The notes under the pieces: model-generated
The model's database searches: none
What the model was told of the DNA's origin: nothing
Seen by the model: the letters and a program-made list of their open reading frames with translations, nothing else
Position numbers and translations under genes: made by a program
Origin: Massalongia carnosa
Taxonomy: Eukaryota
Direction of reading: 5' to 3'
Assembly: GCA_965645245.1 (NCBI GenBank)
Contig: OZ287078.1
Location: forward strand, 372,001 to 436,000
DNA: 64,000 bases
In this document: positions 62,833-64,000 of the stretch, piece by piece
How positions within the stretch are numbered: position 1 is the first letter of the stretch
Layout: the number at the start of each line of letters is the position of its first letter

Positions 62833-63018
62833 TCAATTTACCGAAGCTTTCCACACCTGGCCTAAGAAGCCTGTAAGTTGGAGTACGAAACTTGTGAAGA
62901 TAGTCTTTACCGGAGATGTAGTCCTGTAAAGGATCATAATCAGCTGTGATCGAACGCACGATTGCGCAGGAAGCAGAGGAAATACCTGAGATGTATAGAC
63001 GGTGACAGAGCCACGCAT
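62833..63018 (-). promoter_or_regulatory. Spliced upstream ORF encoding the arginine attenuator peptide (24 aa: MRGSVTVYTSQDYISGQVWKASVN)
   Basis: Exons 63018-62986, 62923-62911 and 62861-62833. Introns 62924-62985 and 62862-62910 are both GT-AG. The peptide aligns with the AAP core TSQDY-S---W. The stop lies 42 nt before the CPA1 ATG. Confidence 0.92.
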
Positions 63019-64000
63019 AGACGCAACGGTGCTCTACGCACTCGGATTCTTGAGGGTTATTGTGTGGATGGACTATTTTCAAGATAGAAAACAGAAAAAA
63101 GCCTTATGAAAGTCCCAACGTTATCGTGACTGACGTTCTGTTATGTTGATTAGGTATTTTTGCGGTTAGATTGATGCAACAGATCGTGCTCTTTGGGTGG
63201 TACTGGGTGTCAAATAATAGTTATGTTTTCGCACTGTGGAGATAAGCAGTATATCAAGATCCAATCCGGGGGAGTAGACTGGAAGCGGAGAGTTGATGTT
63301 GAAAAAGAGGAGGTGAAGCGGAGAAAAGCAAGGTCTTGTTTGTGTGCCGCTTATCGGATATCGGATCGACATGCCTGCGTAGGGCTGGTCGGATAATCCC
63401 TTCCATTCAACCTCATTACAAAGTATAGGCGTTACTGTCGCAGGACTGATCTATGCACTCCCCAATTCTAGTGCCGGAGCATGGACTCTGTGCTTTGTAC
63501 AGAGTACAGACTCGCGTGCTCATCGCATGGATGGCTTTTCAGCGAGAGCGAAAGGCAAAGAGATGGTCAATGCTTTTGCTCAACTTGCATAGAACGAGAC
63601 TTTGATGAGGCCACAAAGGTGAACCATAGTGACCCGAGGTGCACGAAGCTCATGAGATGGCACTTAAACGTGACATGGGAATTAGTTACTCCTTTCTATC
63701 TATACAAAAATGACAAGAATCCATCTCGAAAATGCTCAATCACAAGCTATGCGACGAACTCCCAACCTTACCTACTAGGAATTAACCCCGCACTAGGAAG
63801 GGTATCAACAGATGTTGCGGGGTCAAAGTTTGAAGAGTAAGGAATATTGACAGTGTAAAATAGAGCAGAAAGCAGGTCAATATGGGATTCCAACTTTCCA
63901 ACCTAGAGCCCCGACTTCATCGAAACTTTCTCTCCGTGTTCAGGCAGAGGGCTCAGGTCCCCATGAACGTAGTCCCGCTGGTGCTCAACAAAGTCGTACT

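Noticed and set aside
63127..63135. TGACTGACG as a Gcn4/CPC-1 site upstream of the CPA1 uORF
   Set aside because: Imperfect match to TGA(C/G)TCA; plausible but not supportable from one short motif.

Overview
Eukaryotic DNA from a filamentous ascomycete (Pezizomycotina; short GT-AG introns with CTRAY branch sites). Housekeeping genes supported by the sequence: VPS17 (runs off the left edge), mitochondrial EF-G2/MEF2, ArfGAP GCS1, a two-RRM RGG protein, TAH18/NDOR1, ETF-beta, a CCCH zinc-finger gene, an extended SDR/epimerase, THO2, a peroxisomal (SKL) crotonase and CPA1/arg-2. CPA1 has an upstream arginine-attenuator-peptide uORF split by two introns and carrying G-Q where known AAPs have D-H. 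Accessory content: (1) a decayed nicotinamide-riboside-kinase-like gene; (2) two paralogous tiny ORFs sharing a W-x-CC-x-CG...C-x2-C-x-H-x2-C-x2-C motif; (3) a 72-aa two-repeat protein; (4) a (TTG)76 microsatellite; (5) a multi-exon secreted protein whose Pro-rich repeat tail is joined through a GC-AG intron; (6) a DNA-transposon cluster at 44.2-51.5 kb with two related Tc1-like DD34E elements, the second interrupted by a 3.5-kb Fot1/pogo element that has an intron, an N-terminal extension and RIP-like stops; (7) an IFI6/IFI27-like membrane gene facing an ankyrin relic. Recurrent islands where the + strand flips from C-rich to G-rich are also visible. All calls were made by eye and no database searches were run.
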